Shown piece after piece: positions 62,291-64,000 of a DNA stretch of 64,000 bases; positions within the stretch are counted from its first letter, which is position 1, and every line of letters starts with the position of its first letter. Location of the stretch: contig NW_027117344.1 in assembly GCF_038025025.1 (NCBI RefSeq), positions 682,001 through 746,000 of the forward strand, read 5' to 3'. A program made the position numbers and the translations under genes. The notes under the pieces are model-generated. The model was given only the letters and a program-made list of their open reading frames with translations. It did no database searches and was not told where the DNA came from. The stretch comes from Phyllosticta citribraziliensis. Taxonomy: Eukaryota.

Positions 62291-63196
62291 GCCTCTTCCC
62301 TTGTTTACGATGTGTCGGAGCGTACGAGCCAAACGAGCATGGTCACGAATTTCAAAGTTTGAGACAGCGTCCCGCGCGCATCTCTCCCATCCATCACTCT
62401 TCCTCTTGTGTGTATATTACCCCATCTCGCGGTGGCCTCGCCCAGAGTCTTGCTTTTTTGGGATCTGCATCCTTCCATCATTCGTTCAGCGTCGGCGTTT
62501 TGAAGAATCACGGTCGTTTTGAATCGGCATGCCATAGGCTCATGGCACGTGCCGCAGGAAACTCATGGAGGCATGTTTGCGAAAGTTTTTTCCCTTCACG
62601 GTCCCGGGTGGATTATCGCATCGGTGCGAAAGGCGTTTCTGAGATCTGGCTCCCCCTTCTCTTTTTCCGGTCACACGCGGTAGGAGGACAAGGACTTGTG
62701 TCTGTGGATTGACGCAATCTTCGGTTTGGCCCCATGGATAGTGGCCAACGTCGACCCACTGGGAATCGTGGCTTTGCTGCTGCCGTTGGGGTCCCGCCGG
62801 ATCCTGAGGATGCTAGGGTAACAGAGCTAAAATTGGCAATTTTTAATAGACCAAGCCTGCTTCACTCGCCGTGCGTATTGATCCTTCGTGATGTCAGTGG
62901 AGCTGCCGAAGAGTGGTTTGTTGTCGGTGTCTAGAACGGGCGAGGTTGGTCGTCGGCAAGTCGGGAACCCGGAAGGCACGGGCTTCGTCCATTCCGCGTT
63001 TGCATGACGCCATTTCGCAGTGGGTTTGGCTCCGTTTGATTCATGCCTGAGGCGTCGATATTGGAAGTCCCACGTGAAACCGTTCCCTCGGCCAACGCGA
63101 CTTCCAGACACCGCCTCTGACGCTCCTCGACCGCGACCGCGCCTGTTTCGTGAAGCCCGTCCACCCACGTTTTGCCTCGACCGTCGAACCTACCCC

Positions 63197-64000
63197 ATGG
63201 CGCCAACCCGAAAGAAGACCACGACTGAGCGCGCCCGGCAATGGCTCCGGGGAGGAGGCGTGCTGCGCGAAGACTCGGACGACGAACTCGGCCAAGAGGA
63301 TTTACCGTGGGAATGGGTGTACAGCGATGAACAAGATGCCGAGGACGCGTCGCAAGACAAGCCGCGCAAGAGGGGGCGGCCTCGAAAGAGACAGATTGTC
63401 GGCGCGCGCATGGGAAGCTTTGAGTGCTGGCTTGGAGACGCAGTGTTCCTCAAGGCAGACAGCAACGAGGCGTTTGTGGGCATCGTGGTTGGCCTGTTTG
63501 ACGGAAAAGACGAGGATACTGGCGAGGACATCAAGATGGCCAATCTCATGTGGTTTCTTACTCCACGCGAGATCCGCAACAAGGCCAGAATGCGGACAGA
63601 TTATTTGGAAGTGGGTGCTCTGGTGCGAGCTCTGACGTATGCCATGCTGACAAAAAACAGAACGAGCTCTACATTACCGCTGATTTCGACGACAACCCAT
63701 TGGTTTCGATCAATGGTAGCGCGTACGTGTTATCGAAAGACGAATTTTTGAAAAAGTACCCCAGTGGCAAGGTTCCGCGTACGGCAAAAGACTTTGGCAA
63801 GACATTTGTCTGTAGGCGCGGCGTCAACACCCGCACAGTCACATATACGGACGAGTTCATCTGGGAAGATGTCTACCATGGGGATGAGAGCTGGCGAACC
63901 CTGATGGAGCTTGTCAAGAGCCAAACCACGGAGACCCGCACGCGTCGGGAGCCGCGCAAAGCGACCAGAGACGACATGGACGACTTTGTTGCAGAAGATG
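63197..64000 (+). CDS. ORC1: Origin recognition complex subunit 1, 5' part (BAH domain), truncated by window end
   Basis: REDSDDELG.EDLPWEWVY, IVGARMGSFEC, ANLMWF, NELYITADFDDNPLVSING, FVCRRGVNTRT; intron 63611-63660. Confidence 0.9.

Noticed and set aside
1..64000. CRISPR arrays, transposases, LTRs, secondary-metabolite cluster
   Set aside because: No spaced direct-repeat array, no transposase/RT motifs and no PKS/NRPS/terpene genes seen

Overview
Eukaryotic, intron-containing DNA from a filamentous ascomycete (short GT-AG introns with CTRAC-type branch points; the class cannot be fixed from sequence alone). Bases 1-45.5 kb are gene-dense housekeeping sequence: CUS2/Tat-SF1, a Ser/Thr-rich single-pass membrane protein, RPL1 (uL1), a GNAT, a CorA-like protein, GDE1, PPN1, CHD1, RLI1/ABCE1, PRP40, TRS65, an Mpv17/PMP22 protein, an E2 UBC, RPP40 and a Nit1-type amidase. 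Two near-identical intron-containing tRNA-Ile(AAT) genes are also present. A lower-GC block (~45.9-50.7 kb) carries an APH-like phosphotransferase. It forms the start of a ~13 kb stretch with no convincing gene (48.1-61.3 kb) upstream of a bZIP factor, and the window ends in the 5' part of ORC1. The most interesting unexplained signal is a ~530-nt, TATA-preceded, densely base-paired plus-strand element at 7.25-7.79 kb with H/ACA-like 3' geometry, a candidate large ncRNA. Other points: two unusually long structured introns (PPN1, nitrilase), a 4-nt micro-exon in GDE1, a GC-AG intron in RPP40, an open alternative C-terminus in RLI1 and a decayed C-terminal repeat tail on the APH gene. Gene identities come from motif recognition by eye, and no searches were run.
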